Below are positions 27,989-38,804 of a stretch of DNA of 64,000 nt, in pieces (the stretch's first letter is position 1; the number at the start of each line of letters is the position of its first letter). This DNA is from Candidatus Methylomirabilota bacterium (GTDB lineage Bacteria; Methylomirabilota; Methylomirabilia; Rokubacteriales; CSP1-6): assembly GCA_035605575.1 (NCBI GenBank), contig DASTCJ010000210.1, positions 8,515 through 72,514 on the forward strand, read 5' to 3'. Both the position numbers and the translations under genes were made by a program. The notes under the pieces were generated by a model. The model saw only the letters and a list, made by a program, of their open reading frames with translations, was not told the origin of the DNA and did not search any database.

Positions 27989-29185
27989 CTACTTTTTGGC
28001 GGCGGGCGCGGCGATCGTGAGTTGCTTGACGATCTTGTTGTCCCCCCACTTCTCCGGGTTGTCGCTGGCGACTTCCAGGACGAAGTAGTTGGCTTTCTTG
28101 CGGTCCCCCTTGCCGTCGAACTCGATGTCGCCGGTAATGCCGCTGTACTTGACTTTGCGGATCTCGGCGGCCACGGCCTCACGGGAGGGAGCCTTGCCGC
28201 CTTTGGCAGCGGCCTCGAGGGCCTTGAGGGCGATGGCGGCCGCGTCGTACGCCTCGGCCGCGTACGGCTCGGGGTTCTTTCCGAACTTCTTCTTGTACTC
28301 CTCGACGAAGCCCTTGGCCTTCGGCAGTGCCGACGCCGGGCCGGCGGCGGACGTGTAGTACATGCCCACGACCGCCTTGCCCGCGATCTTCGTCAGGTCG
28401 GACGAGTCCATGCCGTCCGGTCCCATGAACTTCGACTTCAGACCTTTCTCGCGCGCCTGCTTGAAGAACGGCGCTCCCTGGTCATAGATGCCGCCGAAGT
28501 ACACGAGGGCGGGATTCTTGGCGCGAATCGGCGTCAGGATCGGGTCGAAATTGGACTTCTCCTCGGTACCTTCGAAGCCGAGCACCTCGATGCCCTTCTT
28601 CTTCGCGTCGTCGCGGAAGAACTCGGCTACGCCCTGGCCATAGGTCGTCTTGTCGTGGACGATGTAGACCGACTTCGTCTTCTGTCCCGCCGCGAACTCG
28701 GAGCCGACCACACCCTGGACGTCGTCACGTCCGCAGACACGATTGACATTGGGATAGTTGCGATCGGTGACCGTGGGGTTCGTGTTGGCGGGGGAGATCA
28801 TGGCCAACGAGACTTCCTTGTAGACGTCCGAGGAGGGGATGGCGACACCGGAATTCAGGTGACCGATGACGGCCACGATGTCCTTGTCGGCGATCATGTT
28901 CCGCGCGTTGGCCACGCCGACATCGGGCTTGGCCTGATCGTCGAACGGCACGACGTCGACCTTGAAGCCCATCTTCTCGAGCGGGCCCTTGTACTTCTCG
29001 ACCGCGAGCTGCGTACCGAGCTTGATTCCCTCACCGAGCGCCGCCTGGCCGCCGCTCAGCGGGCTCTGCGTCGCGATCTTGATCGTCCCCTTGCCCTGGG
29101 CGTCCGGCCCCGAGCCGAACGGCAAGAGAGCGATGGCCAGCGTCGCGCACACGGTGAGGACGCTGCGGGTGACAGTCGCTTTCAT
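27989..29185 (-). CDS. livK: Branched-chain amino acid ABC transporter substrate-binding protein
   Basis: 398-aa ORF with a signal peptide and a type-1 periplasmic binding fold (IKIATQSPLSGGQAALGEGI...). Confidence 0.85.
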   Translation of the reverse strand: MKATVTRSVLTVCATLAIALLPFGSGPDAQGKGTIKIATQSPLSGGQAALGEGIKLGTQLAVEKYKGPLEKMGFKVDVVPFDDQAKPDVGVANARNMIADKDIVAVIGHLNSGVAIPSSDVYKEVSLAMISPANTNPTVTDRNYPNVNRVCGRDDVQGVVGSEFAAGQKTKSVYIVHDKTTYGQGVAEFFRDDAKKKGIEVLGFEGTEEKSNFDPILTPIRAKNPALVYFGGIYDQGAPFFKQAREKGLKSKFMGPDGMDSSDLTKIAGKAVVGMYYTSAAGPASALPKAKGFVEEYKKKFGKNPEPYAAEAYDAAAIALKALEAAAKGGKAPSREAVAAEIRKVKYSGITGDIEFDGKGDRKKANYFVLEVASDNPEKWGDNKIVKQLTIAAPAAKK

Positions 29186-29257
29186 GAGGTGCTCCCTCCC
29201 TTGGCGTGTTGAATCGAGGAGTTGCGCGCCGCCATTATAGCGACCGCGCTTCCATGG

Positions 29258-29884
29258 TCAAGACGGCCGGGCGTCCCGGATGATCTCGAGGAATCGCCGC
29301 GCGGCGGCTGCTGGATCCGGCGCTCCGCAGACGGCGGAGATGACCGCGACGCCGTCGGCGCCCGCCCGGATGACGTCGGCGACATTGTCGTGGGTGATTC
29401 CGCCGATCCCCACCAGGGCAACTCGGATGTCCGGCCGAAGTTTCCGCACCAGTGCGGGCCCCACCAGCTGGAAGTCGGCCTTCGTCGTGGTCGCGAACAT
29501 CGAACCGACCGCCACGTAATCGGCGCCGGCGTCGCGCGCGGCATGCGCCTGGGCGACGTCGTGGGTGGAGATCCCGAGGAGCATCCCGGGGCGAAGCAAG
29601 GGACGCGCGAGCCGAGCGGGCAGGTCGTCCTGGCCGAGGTGTACGCCGTCGGCGCCGACCGCCAGCGCCAGGTCGACGCGGTCGTTGACCACGAAGGTGA
29701 CGCCGGCCCGGCGTGCGCGCGCGAGCAGTCGCTCGGCCAGCGGCAGGATGCGACCCGATGGCCATTCCTTCTCGCGGAGCTGCACCATGCGGCAGCCGCC
29801 ATCGATGACGGCGGCGAGCAACTCGTCGAGGCTCCGACCGCGCGCCGCCACGCGGTCGAGGACCACGTACAGGCTCGGATCCAT
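29258..29884 (-). CDS. thiE: Thiamine-phosphate synthase
   Basis: YVVLDR...VQLREK...FVVNDRVDLALAVGADGVHLGQDD...GIGGI. The ATG at 29884 shares 1 nt with the accC stop. Confidence 0.9.
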   Translation of the reverse strand: MDPSLYVVLDRVAARGRSLDELLAAVIDGGCRMVQLREKEWPSGRILPLAERLLARARRAGVTFVVNDRVDLALAVGADGVHLGQDDLPARLARPLLRPGMLLGISTHDVAQAHAARDAGADYVAVGSMFATTTKADFQLVGPALVRKLRPDIRVALVGIGGITHDNVADVIRAGADGVAVISAVCGAPDPAAAARRFLEIIRDARPS

Positions 29885-31221
29885 CAACCGGCGAGGCGCG
29901 TCGAGTCAGCGCTGGTGAATCGGCCCTCCAGAAACGCCGGATGCGTCAGGAGTCGGAGATGGAAGGGAATGGTCGTCTTCACGCCCTCGACCACCGTCTC
30001 CGTCAGCGCCCGGCGCATCCGCGCCACCGCCTCGTCCCGGGTCCGCGCGTGGACGATGATCTTGCCCAGCAGCGAATCGTAGAACGGCGGCACGGCATAG
30101 GGCGCCATCAGATGGCTGTCGACGCGAACACCATAGCCTCCCGGCGGCACCCATCCGGTGACCCGTCCCGCGCTCGGTGTAAACGTCACGGGATCCTCGG
30201 CGTTGACGCGGCACTCGATCGCATGCCCCTCGAACCGCACGGCGTCCTGGCGGTAGCCGAGCGGCTCGCCGGCGGCGATGCGGATCTGCTCGCGGATCAG
30301 GTCGATGCCGGTGATCATCTCGGTGACGGGGTGCTCGACCTGGATCCGCGTGTTCATCTCGATGAAGTAGAAGTGACCATCGCCATCGACGAGGAATTCC
30401 ACGGTGCCCGCGCTGAAGTAGTTCACAGCGGCGGCGGCGAGCAGTCCCGCCTTGTGCAGCCCCGCGCGGGTCTCCGGCGCCAGCGACGGTGCGGGTGACT
30501 CCTCGATCAGCTTCTGATGCCGCCGTTGGACCGAGCAGTCGCGTTCGCCCAGGTGTACGCGCATGCCGTTGCGATCACCGAGGACCTGGACCTCGACGTG
30601 CCGCGCGTGCTCGACGTACTTCTCGCAGTAGATCTCCGACGACCCGAAAGCGGCGCCGGCTTCGGCCTGGCAGGCTGCGAACGCCTGCGCCGCTTCCTCG
30701 TGCGACCGCACGATCCGCATGCCGCGCCCACCGCCCCCGGCCGACGCCTTGAACATGACCGGGTAGCCGGCCGCGTCCGCCAGCTCCAGCGCCTCCGCCT
30801 CGTCCTTCAACGGATGCTCGCTGCCGGGCACCACCGGCACGCCCGCCTGCTTGGCGATCACACGCGCCTGTGCTTTGTCGCCCATGAGACGGATGGCCTC
30901 CGGGCTCGGCCCGATGAAGTTCAGACCGCACGAGCGACAGATCTCGGCGAAGGCAGGGTTCTCGGCGAGGAAGCCATAGCCGGGATGAATCGCCTCGCTG
31001 TCGGTGACGACGGCCGCGGAGATGATGGCCGGCATGTTCAGATAGCTCGAGCGCGCGTCGTTCGGGCCCACGCAGATCGATTCGTCGGCCATGCGGACGG
31101 GCAGGGAGTCGGCATCGGCTTTGGAGTGGGCGATGACGGTGCGGATGCCCATCTCGCGGCACGTGCGGATGATGCGCAGGGCGATCTCTCCGCGATTGGC
31201 GATGAGGATCTTGTGGAACAT
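29884..31221 (-). CDS. accC: Acetyl-CoA carboxylase, biotin carboxylase subunit
   Basis: 445-aa ORF starting MFHKILIANRGEIALRIIRTCREMGI, with an ATP-grasp domain. Confidence 0.95.
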   Translation of the reverse strand: MFHKILIANRGEIALRIIRTCREMGIRTVIAHSKADADSLPVRMADESICVGPNDARSSYLNMPAIISAAVVTDSEAIHPGYGFLAENPAFAEICRSCGLNFIGPSPEAIRLMGDKAQARVIAKQAGVPVVPGSEHPLKDEAEALELADAAGYPVMFKASAGGGGRGMRIVRSHEEAAQAFAACQAEAGAAFGSSEIYCEKYVEHARHVEVQVLGDRNGMRVHLGERDCSVQRRHQKLIEESPAPSLAPETRAGLHKAGLLAAAAVNYFSAGTVEFLVDGDGHFYFIEMNTRIQVEHPVTEMITGIDLIREQIRIAAGEPLGYRQDAVRFEGHAIECRVNAEDPVTFTPSAGRVTGWVPPGGYGVRVDSHLMAPYAVPPFYDSLLGKIIVHARTRDEAVARMRRALTETVVEGVKTTIPFHLRLLTHPAFLEGRFTSADSTRLAG

Positions 31222-31278
31222 CAGCGGGCTCGGCCGCTCACGCGCAGCCGGCGAAGCGTGGACGTCGGCACGGCGCCC

Positions 31279-31773
31279 TCAGCGCTGCGGCTCGAGCAGG
31301 AAGAGCGGTTGGCCGTACTCCACGGGCTGACCGTTTTCGACGAGGATCTTCACGACGCGCCCGGCTGACTTCGACTCGATCTCGTTCATCAGCTTCATCG
31401 CTTCGATGATGCAGAGGATCTGGCCTTCCTTCACCAGGTCGCCTTCGCGCACGTACGGCTCCGCCGTCGGCGACGAGGCGCGGTAGAACGTACCGACCAT
31501 CGGAGCCTCGATGCCGATGGACGCGGTCAACGGCGTTGCGTCAGCGACGACGGGATGCTCGGCCGTCGCCGGGGGCATGGTGGGGAGGGCGACCGCGGAT
31601 GCCGGTGTGGGCCCTGCGCTCGCGCGCTGAACCCGCAGCTTCAGCCCCGCGGATTCGACCTCGATCTCCGACAGGCCGAGCTCGTTGACGACGGCGGCCA
31701 GACGCCGCGCAAGGTCGAGCAGTCGCTCGTCGGACGGCGCAGCGGGGCGAGGCGGTGAAGACTTCGTCGCCAT
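31279..31773 (-). CDS. accB: Biotin carboxyl carrier protein
   Basis: 164-aa ORF. C-terminal biotinyl domain with the [12 protein letters not shown] motif. Confidence 0.9.
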   Translation of the reverse strand: MATKSSPPRPAAPSDERLLDLARRLAAVVNELGLSEIEVESAGLKLRVQRASAGPTPASAVALPTMPPATAEHPVVADATPLTASIGIEAPMVGTFYRASSPTAEPYVREGDLVKEGQILCIIEAMKLMNEIESKSAGRVVKILVENGQPVEYGQPLFLLEPQR

Positions 31774-32342
31774 CAGCCGGCTGCCGCCACGCGGCCCAGA
31801 TACTCGCCCGTTCGCGTGTCGACCTTCACGACATCGCCCTCGTTGAGGAACAGCGGCACCTGTACGACGGCGCCCGTCTCCAGCGTCGCCGGCTTCGTGC
31901 CACCCTGCGCTGTGTCGCCGCGCACGCCCGGATCCGTGTGGGCGATGGCGAGCTCGACGAAATTCGGCAGCTCGACGGTCGACGGCGCGCCGTCGATGTA
32001 CAGCACGTCCACCTCCGTGTTCTCCTTGAGATATTCGCGCGCCTCACCGACTTCCTCCGCCGATAAGGAGACCTGCTCGTAGGACTCCGTGTCCATGAAG
32101 TGGAAGCGGTCGTCCTTGTAGAGAAACTGCATATGCTTCTCGTCGTACTCGACGAGCTCGACCTTCTCACCCGATCGAAAGGTGTTGTCGATAACCTTGC
32201 CGAGCCGCATGTGTTTGAGCTTCGTGCGGACGAACGCGCCGCCCTTGCCCGGCTTGACGTGCTGGAAATCGACGATCGCGTACGGCTGCCCGTCGAAGAC
32301 GATCCGCAATCCCTTCTTGAATTCCGCGGTTGATACCACCAT
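31773..32342 (-). CDS. efp: Elongation factor P
   Basis: 189-aa ORF starting [43 protein letters not shown]. Confidence 0.95.
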   Translation of the reverse strand: MVVSTAEFKKGLRIVFDGQPYAIVDFQHVKPGKGGAFVRTKLKHMRLGKVIDNTFRSGEKVELVEYDEKHMQFLYKDDRFHFMDTESYEQVSLSAEEVGEAREYLKENTEVDVLYIDGAPSTVELPNFVELAIAHTDPGVRGDTAQGGTKPATLETGAVVQVPLFLNEGDVVKVDTRTGEYLGRVAAAG

Positions 32343-32351
32343 GAAGCGTTC

Positions 32352-33017
32352 TCAGCCTTTCCGTCGTGATCGCGCGCGCAACGCCAGCTCCAGGCGCTCC
32401 CGCGTGTCGGTGTTCTCAGGATCCTGCCGCAGCAGGCGTGTGAAGACCATGGCCGCTTCCTCCGCCAGGCCCTGCTCCAGGCACAGGGCGCCAAAGGCCG
32501 GGGTGACGAACGTGTCATCGGCCAGCAATCGCGCCACGCCGGCCGCCTCCCCGACGCTGGCGTCCGCTCTCAGCACCGTGAGCAGCGCCCGGGACTCGCG
32601 ATCCCCGGGGTCGACCGCCACCGCGCTCTCCAGCGACTGGACGGCAGCATCAACGCGCCCCATCCGCCGGTGCGCTTCGGCGGCGAGCCGATGACATTGT
32701 ACGTCCTTAGGGCTCACCTGGAGAATGGCCTCGATCTCTGCGAGGGCTGCTGCCGGATCGTTTTCCGTCAACAGCGTCTTGGCCAGGATGAGGCGTGCTG
32801 TCGTGTAGTGCGGATAGCGCTGCAGCCCCGAGCGACAGGTGGCGATTGCATCAGCGGGACGGCCCGCTTTGCGGTACAGATCGGCGAGCTGGGCGAACGC
32901 CAGCGACGTCGGATCCTTCGCCAGGCGCTCTTCCTGCCGGCGGATGGTGGCTGCGAGCGCGACATCGTCCGCCGGCATCGCGGCTCTGTTATACGGAGCG
33001 GTCGCTTCCGTTGTCAA
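32352..33017 (-). CDS. TPR repeat protein
   Basis: 221-aa ORF with repeated A/L/Y-rich 34-mer-like units (AFAQLADLYRKAGRPADAIATCRSGLQRYPH...). Confidence 0.7.
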   Translation of the reverse strand: MTTEATAPYNRAAMPADDVALAATIRRQEERLAKDPTSLAFAQLADLYRKAGRPADAIATCRSGLQRYPHYTTARLILAKTLLTENDPAAALAEIEAILQVSPKDVQCHRLAAEAHRRMGRVDAAVQSLESAVAVDPGDRESRALLTVLRADASVGEAAGVARLLADDTFVTPAFGALCLEQGLAEEAAMVFTRLLRQDPENTDTRERLELALRARSRRKG

Positions 33018-34111
33018 CGCGTCTCCGGGCGCGCGAGGATCGCCACCGCGAGCCGGACCTGCTCGACGGGTGTGTCGTAGACCACACGGAAGGCGCCGAT
33101 CGTCGGCGCCAGCACGAACGGGACACGTCCGTCCCGCGATTTCTTGTCGTGCGTGATCGACTGAAGAACAGCGTCGACGTCGATATCACCGGCGCGGACC
33201 GGCAAGCCGACGGCGCTGAGGACGGCCTCCTGTCTCCGCGTGGTCGCGGCCGCGGCGACGCCGAGCGCCTCGGCGAGATGCGCTTCGGCAACCAATCCCA
33301 GTGCCACCGCCTCGCCATGTGTCCACCGCGCGAAACCGCTCACGGCCTCCAGCGCGTGGCCGATCGTATGGCCCGCGTTCAGCGCGTACCGGAGCTCGCC
33401 CTGTTCCTCGGGGTCCTGCTCGATGACGCTGGCCTTCAGACGGCACGAACCGGCGATGATGCGGGCGAGCGTGTCGACGTCGCGGCGGAGCAACAGCGCC
33501 GCGGAGCGCTCGACGTCGTCGAGGTACGCGCCGTCCAGGACGATCCCGTGCTTCACGATCTCCGCCAGACCCGAGCGGAACTCGCGATCGGGCAGGCTCT
33601 GGACGACGGCCGGATCGACGAGGACGAGGCGGGGCTGATGGAAGGCGCCGATGAGATTCTTGGCCTTCGGGTGATCGATGGCCGTCTTGCCGCCGATGGA
33701 AGCGTCCACCTGCGCCAGGACGGTCGTCGGCAGCTGCACGAAATTCACCCCGCGCATGTAGGAAGCAGCCACGAAGCCGGCAAGGTCACCGATGGCGCCG
33801 CCGCCCAGGGCGAGGACCGTCGAGCTTCGATCGATCCCCGCCTGCAGGAGCTGCTCCCAGCAGTGCTCGGCTACGCGCAGTGTCTTCGCCGCTTCGCCCT
33901 CCGGCACCTCGACGATCGTGACCGCAAAACCCGAGGCCTCGAGGCTCTTCGTCACCGGTGCCCCGTGCAAGCGAAGCACGGCGGAATCGCTGACCACGAC
34001 GGCTCGCGAGCCCACGCGCAGCTCCCGCAGCCGGGGTCCCGTAGCGGCGAGGATGCCGGGGTCGACGACGATTTTGTACGAGTGCGGACCGAGGTTGACC
34101 GGAATGATCAT
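33014..34111 (-). CDS. aroB: 3-dehydroquinate synthase
   Basis: ATG at 34111 gives MIIPVNLGPHSYKIVVDPG. Contains GGGAIGDLAGFVAASYMRGV and HGEAVALG. Confidence 0.9.
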   Translation of the reverse strand: MIIPVNLGPHSYKIVVDPGILAATGPRLRELRVGSRAVVVSDSAVLRLHGAPVTKSLEASGFAVTIVEVPEGEAAKTLRVAEHCWEQLLQAGIDRSSTVLALGGGAIGDLAGFVAASYMRGVNFVQLPTTVLAQVDASIGGKTAIDHPKAKNLIGAFHQPRLVLVDPAVVQSLPDREFRSGLAEIVKHGIVLDGAYLDDVERSAALLLRRDVDTLARIIAGSCRLKASVIEQDPEEQGELRYALNAGHTIGHALEAVSGFARWTHGEAVALGLVAEAHLAEALGVAAAATTRRQEAVLSAVGLPVRAGDIDVDAVLQSITHDKKSRDGRVPFVLAPTIGAFRVVYDTPVEQVRLAVAILARPETR

Positions 34112-34130
34112 GGACGACAGGCCACGCCTG

Positions 34131-35303
34131 CTACCAGCTGCGCAGGCTGTCCTGATAGGCGCGATAGTTGCGACGGACTTCGTCGAGGCCGTCGCCGCCG
34201 AACTTCTCGAGAAACGCATCGGCAAGCACAAGCGCCATCATCGCCTCGCCGACGATTCCGGCCGCGGGCACCGCACAGACGTCACTACGCTCCACGACGG
34301 CCTCCACCGCTTCCTTCGTGGCAAGGTCGACAGACTTCAGCGGGGTGCGCAGCGTCGACAGCGGTTTCATGGCGGCGCGGACGATCACCGGCTGGCCGTT
34401 GGTGACACCGCCTTCGAGACCGCCGGCGTTGTTGGACGAGCGATTGAAGCCGTGGCCCGCCTCGAACACGATCTCGTCATGCACACCCGAGCCGGGCCGG
34501 CGGGCGGTCTCGAAGCCGAGGCCGAATTCGCAGCCCTTGATGGCCTGGATCGAGCAGAACGCCTGGGCCAGCCGGCCGTCGAGGCGTCGATCCCACTGCA
34601 CGTAGGAGCCGAGACCGACGGGGCAACCGAGCGCGACTGTCTCGAATACGCCGCCGAGCGTGTCGCCCTTTTCCTTCGCCGCATCGATGGCCGCGATAAT
34701 GGCCTTCTCGGTGGTCGGATCCGCGCAGCGCACCTCGGAGACTTCTGCCCGCCGCTGAACTTCCTCCCACGGGAGGTCAAGATCGCCGATGCGCACACCG
34801 CCGATCTCCGTCACGTGGCTCAGGATGGTGATCCCGAACTCGGCGAGCAGCCGCCGGGCGACCCCGGCGACGGCCACCCGCGCCGTCGTTTCGCGCGCGC
34901 TCGAGCGCTCGAGGACGTTCCTGACGTCGCGATGTCCGTACTTCATGGCGCCGGCAAGATCGGCGTGCCCCGGCCGCGGACGCGTCACCTCTTTGCGGGC
35001 GACGCCTTCCTCGGGCGCGGCCACACCCATGGTCGACTTCCAGTTCTCCCAGTCGCGGTTGGCGATGGTGAGTGTGATCGGCGAGCCGAGTGTTGCCCCC
35101 CAGCGCACGCCGGAGACGATGTGCACCCGGTCGCGCTCAATCTTCATGCGGCCGCCACGCCCGTAGCCGCGCTGACGACGTGCGAGATCCGCGTCGATGT
35201 CGGCCTCGGTCAGCGGGAGGCCGGCGGGGACGCCGTCGACGACGGCGGTGAGCGCCTCACCGTGGGACTCACCCGCGGTGAGGAAGCGAAAGACACCGCC
35301 CAT
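34131..35303 (-). CDS. aroC: Chorismate synthase
   Basis: 390-aa ORF starting [29 protein letters not shown], with GGRSSARETA-like [10 protein letters not shown]. Confidence 0.95.
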   Translation of the reverse strand: MGGVFRFLTAGESHGEALTAVVDGVPAGLPLTEADIDADLARRQRGYGRGGRMKIERDRVHIVSGVRWGATLGSPITLTIANRDWENWKSTMGVAAPEEGVARKEVTRPRPGHADLAGAMKYGHRDVRNVLERSSARETTARVAVAGVARRLLAEFGITILSHVTEIGGVRIGDLDLPWEEVQRRAEVSEVRCADPTTEKAIIAAIDAAKEKGDTLGGVFETVALGCPVGLGSYVQWDRRLDGRLAQAFCSIQAIKGCEFGLGFETARRPGSGVHDEIVFEAGHGFNRSSNNAGGLEGGVTNGQPVIVRAAMKPLSTLRTPLKSVDLATKEAVEAVVERSDVCAVPAAGIVGEAMMALVLADAFLEKFGGDGLDEVRRNYRAYQDSLRSW

Positions 35304-35317
35304 GCTGCGCGCCGCGG

Positions 35318-37699
35318 TTAACGCACCGGCAGCGCGGACGAGGTACGGGCCGCCCCCGACGTGCGCAGCAGCGACGGTGTGATGAAGACGACGAGCTCGC
35401 TGCTCTTGTCGTCGTTGGAGCGGGCCTTGAACAGCCAGCCGAGGATCGGGATGTCCCCGAACATAGGAATCTTCCGCTCGGTTTCGATGAACGTGGCGTT
35501 GGTGACGCCGCCGATGACGAGCCGCTCACCCTCCTTGATCAGGACTTGCGTCTCCGCGCGCTTCTTGTTGATCGCGGGAGGGCTACCAAGGCTGGAGCCG
35601 AAGTTGACCACGTCACCGCGGGAGTTATTCTCGACGATCACGACCATCTTGATCTTGTTCTGGTCGCCCTCGCGGATGACAGTCGGTGTCACCTCGAGGC
35701 GCAACACCGCCTCCTTGAACTGAATCTGCGTCCCGGCCGAGCTCACCGTCGCGTACGGAATCTCTTCACCGAGCGACATGATCGCCTTGTTGTTCTCGAC
35801 CGTGACGATTTCCGGTCGAGCCAGGGTCCGCGTCTTCGACTGGGACCGGAGCGCTTCGAGCGCCAGGTCCAGATTGAGCCGACTCCCTATGATACCGAAG
35901 GCGATACCCCCCGCACCCGTGGCGCCGGCGAGCACGTCCCCGATCGGGATGTTGACGATGTTACCGCCGCTCGCGAGACCTGTCGTGGCGCTTACCGGGA
36001 TTCCGTTCGTCAGCGAGAGGTTCGGGTTCGGTGGCGTTCCGAGGTTGCTGGGTTGGATACCGGGCAGCAAGGACGAGTTGCTGAAAGATGAGGTCAGTCC
36101 GCGGCCAACGAGAGTGCCCTGCGAATTCTGGGCCAGCACACCGCCGCCGCCCCACTGCACGCCGATCGCGAACAGGTCGCGCCGGTCGAGGACTTCCATT
36201 CGCGCTTCGATCTTCACCTGAGGCAGCGGGATGTCGAGATTCTCGCGGATCAGCTTCTTGATCCGCTCGAGGTCGTTCGCATAGTGGCGGATGAAGATCG
36301 AGTTCGTCGGCTTGTGCGCGCGGATCGTGATGCCCTTCGACAGCACGTCGGCATTGGGCGTCAGGGCGGGCGGCACCACCGCTGCTTTGCCCGCGTCGGG
36401 GCCGTAGAGCTGCGAGAACGGTGGTGCAGGGATCAACGGCGGCCCGCCGGGCGTACCCGGCGCCGGCATGCCGCCTTCCGGAATGCCGAGGATGCCCTGC
36501 AAGGTCTTCGCTACGTCTTCGGGATCGGCGTAGGACAGGCGGATCGTCTCCTCCTTGAGCGGGCCGCGCGCTACGGCCTCGGCCGCCGCCATCTCAGCGG
36601 CGAACTTCTTCGCCTGTGCCTCTTGCTCCTTCACCAGCGCTTCCGCCATCTTGGTCCGCACGTCGGCCTCGGCCTTGAGCTTGGCCTCCTCGACGCGGGC
36701 CCGCGCTTCGCGCTCCTTCGTGAGCTGCTCCGCCGACACGATGCGGATGACGTTCTCGCGCTCGGTCTTCACCAGGCCGCGGGCCTCCATCACCGTGTCG
36801 AGGGCGACCGTCCACGGCACATTCCGGAGCGAGATGGACATCTTCCCGCGCACGTCGTCACCGATGACGATGTTGCGTCCGCTCTCCGCGGCCAGGATGC
36901 GAAGCAGATTGACGACGTCGGCGTCTTTGAAGTCGAGCGAGATCAACCGATGGTTCCCGGCCGGTACCTGCGCGACGGCCACCGGCGCCGGCTGTGCAGC
37001 TGCGCTGGGCGGCGCGCTCGTACGAGGCGCCTGGACGACCTTGATGCGCGGCACGGGCGTCGCGATCGTGCTCATGACCGGCTTTGGCGCGTCCGCCGGC
37101 TTCGTGTCCGTTTTCACGTCGACCGGCTTTGCCTCGGCGACCTTCACCTCGGCCGCCTTCGCATCGCTCGGCTTGGCATCGGCGGGGCTCGCGTCGACAG
37201 CGGCGGGTTTCTCTTCGGCGACAATCGCGCTCGTGTCCGGCTTGGCCGGCGTGTTCGGTGCGGTCGCCGACGCATCCGCCTTCCCGGTCGTGGCCGCGGA
37301 CGCGCCGGTCGGGATGACGATCGACAGACCGTTGTCGTCTTCGCGGATCGCATAGCCGACCTTGCGGGTGAACTCTACGACCACGCGCGCGGTGTCTTTC
37401 TTGTATTGGCTGCCGCGGACGAGCTTGAGAGGCGCCGGCGACACAGCAAGCGGCGTCTTTCGCCAGGCGTACTCGGTGTCCTCGAAATCGATCACCAGGC
37501 GCGTCGGGGAATCGATGAGATCCGCCTGGTATTTCGGCGGCGCCGACGTCTTCACGAAGATCGTCGCCGTGTCTTCCTGCGTCGTCACCCTGATGTTGCT
37601 GAGTCGGGTGGCCTGTCCGCTCTGGGCGGTAGCTGGCTGCCCGACCGGCAGCAGGAGCAACATCGCGACGGCGAAGGCTCTCCTCACGGATTGCGTCAC
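35318..37699 (-). CDS. pilQ: Type IV pilus secretin PilQ (AMIN domain + low-complexity linker + secretin)
   Basis: 793-aa ORF with a signal peptide, an AMIN-like N-terminal domain, an A/K/P/D-rich linker and a C-terminal secretin domain (IPILGWLFK). Confidence 0.9.
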   Translation of the reverse strand: MTQSVRRAFAVAMLLLLPVGQPATAQSGQATRLSNIRVTTQEDTATIFVKTSAPPKYQADLIDSPTRLVIDFEDTEYAWRKTPLAVSPAPLKLVRGSQYKKDTARVVVEFTRKVGYAIREDDNGLSIVIPTGASAATTGKADASATAPNTPAKPDTSAIVAEEKPAAVDASPADAKPSDAKAAEVKVAEAKPVDVKTDTKPADAPKPVMSTIATPVPRIKVVQAPRTSAPPSAAAQPAPVAVAQVPAGNHRLISLDFKDADVVNLLRILAAESGRNIVIGDDVRGKMSISLRNVPWTVALDTVMEARGLVKTERENVIRIVSAEQLTKEREARARVEEAKLKAEADVRTKMAEALVKEQEAQAKKFAAEMAAAEAVARGPLKEETIRLSYADPEDVAKTLQGILGIPEGGMPAPGTPGGPPLIPAPPFSQLYGPDAGKAAVVPPALTPNADVLSKGITIRAHKPTNSIFIRHYANDLERIKKLIRENLDIPLPQVKIEARMEVLDRRDLFAIGVQWGGGGVLAQNSQGTLVGRGLTSSFSNSSLLPGIQPSNLGTPPNPNLSLTNGIPVSATTGLASGGNIVNIPIGDVLAGATGAGGIAFGIIGSRLNLDLALEALRSQSKTRTLARPEIVTVENNKAIMSLGEEIPYATVSSAGTQIQFKEAVLRLEVTPTVIREGDQNKIKMVVIVENNSRGDVVNFGSSLGSPPAINKKRAETQVLIKEGERLVIGGVTNATFIETERKIPMFGDIPILGWLFKARSNDDKSSELVVFITPSLLRTSGAARTSSALPVR

Positions 37700-37714
37700 G
37701 CGTCTCCCCCTGAT

Positions 37715-38197
37715 CTAGTTGGCCAGCAGCCTCAGTACGACCCGAGTGGTCGGAGCGCCGGGCTTCGCCACCACCGCGAAGACCACGTTGTCCAGGCCGA
37801 TGTCCATCAGCTTCCCATCCCCGAGGGTGTCGCCGGGCCGAAGGATGTACCCGATGCCGTCCGGTGCCTCGAGGAGCGCGAGCGCGGAGCCGGAGTTCCG
37901 CACGATGCCGGTCAGCCGCGTGGAGGCAATGGTGAGGCCGTCCGGCCCACCGCGAACCTGGTACACCTCGAACGGATCGCGCCGTCCACTGGCCTCGTAT
38001 TTCGGAATGTCGCCGCTGCCTTCGAGGGGATTCAGGTCGGGCGGTGTGACGGGTGCCGGCCGTACGGCTGCAACAGGTCGCGGCGGAATCGGCGTCACGG
38101 CGACCGGCGGTGGCGCGGGCGGAGTGCCGCACGAGGCCAACACGCCGATGACGCCCAGCATCAATACCCCTTCGATCGCTGGCCCGCGCCTGCTCAT
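37715..38197 (-). CDS. pilP: Type IV pilus assembly lipoprotein PilP
   Basis: 160-aa ORF with lipobox LASC and a Pro-rich linker. Position between pilO and pilQ. Confidence 0.8.
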   Translation of the reverse strand: MSRRGPAIEGVLMLGVIGVLASCGTPPAPPPVAVTPIPPRPVAAVRPAPVTPPDLNPLEGSGDIPKYEASGRRDPFEVYQVRGGPDGLTIASTRLTGIVRNSGSALALLEAPDGIGYILRPGDTLGDGKLMDIGLDNVVFAVVAKPGAPTTRVVLRLLAN

Positions 38198-38799
38198 TTC
38201 GCCCCCGCAGGCTTCGGCGGCGGCGGCGCGCCAATCGGTCGATACATGTACGTCGCGAGTACGAGATCTGTCTTCACCGGCACGCGTGCCCGCGGCCCGG
38301 TGGTCATCTTCATTTCGGTCACCGTCACCACCCTGGGAAAGCGGGCCACCTTTTCGAGGAACTCGCCGACCTGGTGATAGCCCGCCTCACCGGTGACGCT
38401 GATCGGGATCTCCGTGTAGACCTCGTGCGTCGTCACCGGCCGAGGCTGGAACAGCGACATGCCCAGGCCCGAGGCCGCGGCCGCATCGGAGAGCGTGCGA
38501 TAGAGTGTCGGCATCTCGCGCTCGGACGGCAGACGATCCTTCAGAGTGCTCAGCCGCGCTTCCAGCTCGGCGACTTCACGGCGGAATTTCATGAGGTCGG
38601 CCAGGATCGTGCGGTTCTGTGCGACCTCGCGCTGGAGTGTGGCGAGCTCGGGGCGCAGCTGATCGACGACGGTGATCTGCGGCTGCAGAAGAGCCACGTA
38701 GGCGACACCGACGAGGATCAACAACCCCATGACGCCCGCGACGAGCTTCTGCGGGGTCGGCGCGTTGACGATCGGATTGAAGAAGGCCGGTAGTGCCAT
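38194..38799 (-). CDS. pilO: Type IV pilus assembly protein PilO
   Basis: 201-aa bitopic ORF with a coiled-coil region. ATGA overlap with pilP. Confidence 0.8.
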   Translation of the reverse strand: MALPAFFNPIVNAPTPQKLVAGVMGLLILVGVAYVALLQPQITVVDQLRPELATLQREVAQNRTILADLMKFRREVAELEARLSTLKDRLPSEREMPTLYRTLSDAAAASGLGMSLFQPRPVTTHEVYTEIPISVTGEAGYHQVGEFLEKVARFPRVVTVTEMKMTTGPRARVPVKTDLVLATYMYRPIGAPPPPKPAGAK

Positions 38800-38804
38800 C
38801 GAGG

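Noticed and set aside
26897-29212. 771-aa ORF antisense to livH and livK. Similar cases are 36284-38377 opposite pilQ/pilP, 55192-56685 opposite pilB, 62743-63966 opposite lon, 17827-19107, and 25770-28049 upstream of the livM start.
   Set aside because: These are all shadow or over-extended ORFs in a high-GC genome. Each overlaps a confidently identified gene on the other strand or in another frame.
37009-37294. A repetitive-looking A/K/P/D-rich stretch in pilQ (…[37 protein letters not shown]…), considered as a DNA tandem repeat or contingency locus.
   Set aside because: I found no exact nucleotide periodicity. It looks like a low-complexity, disordered linker between the AMIN and secretin N domains, as is common in PilQ.
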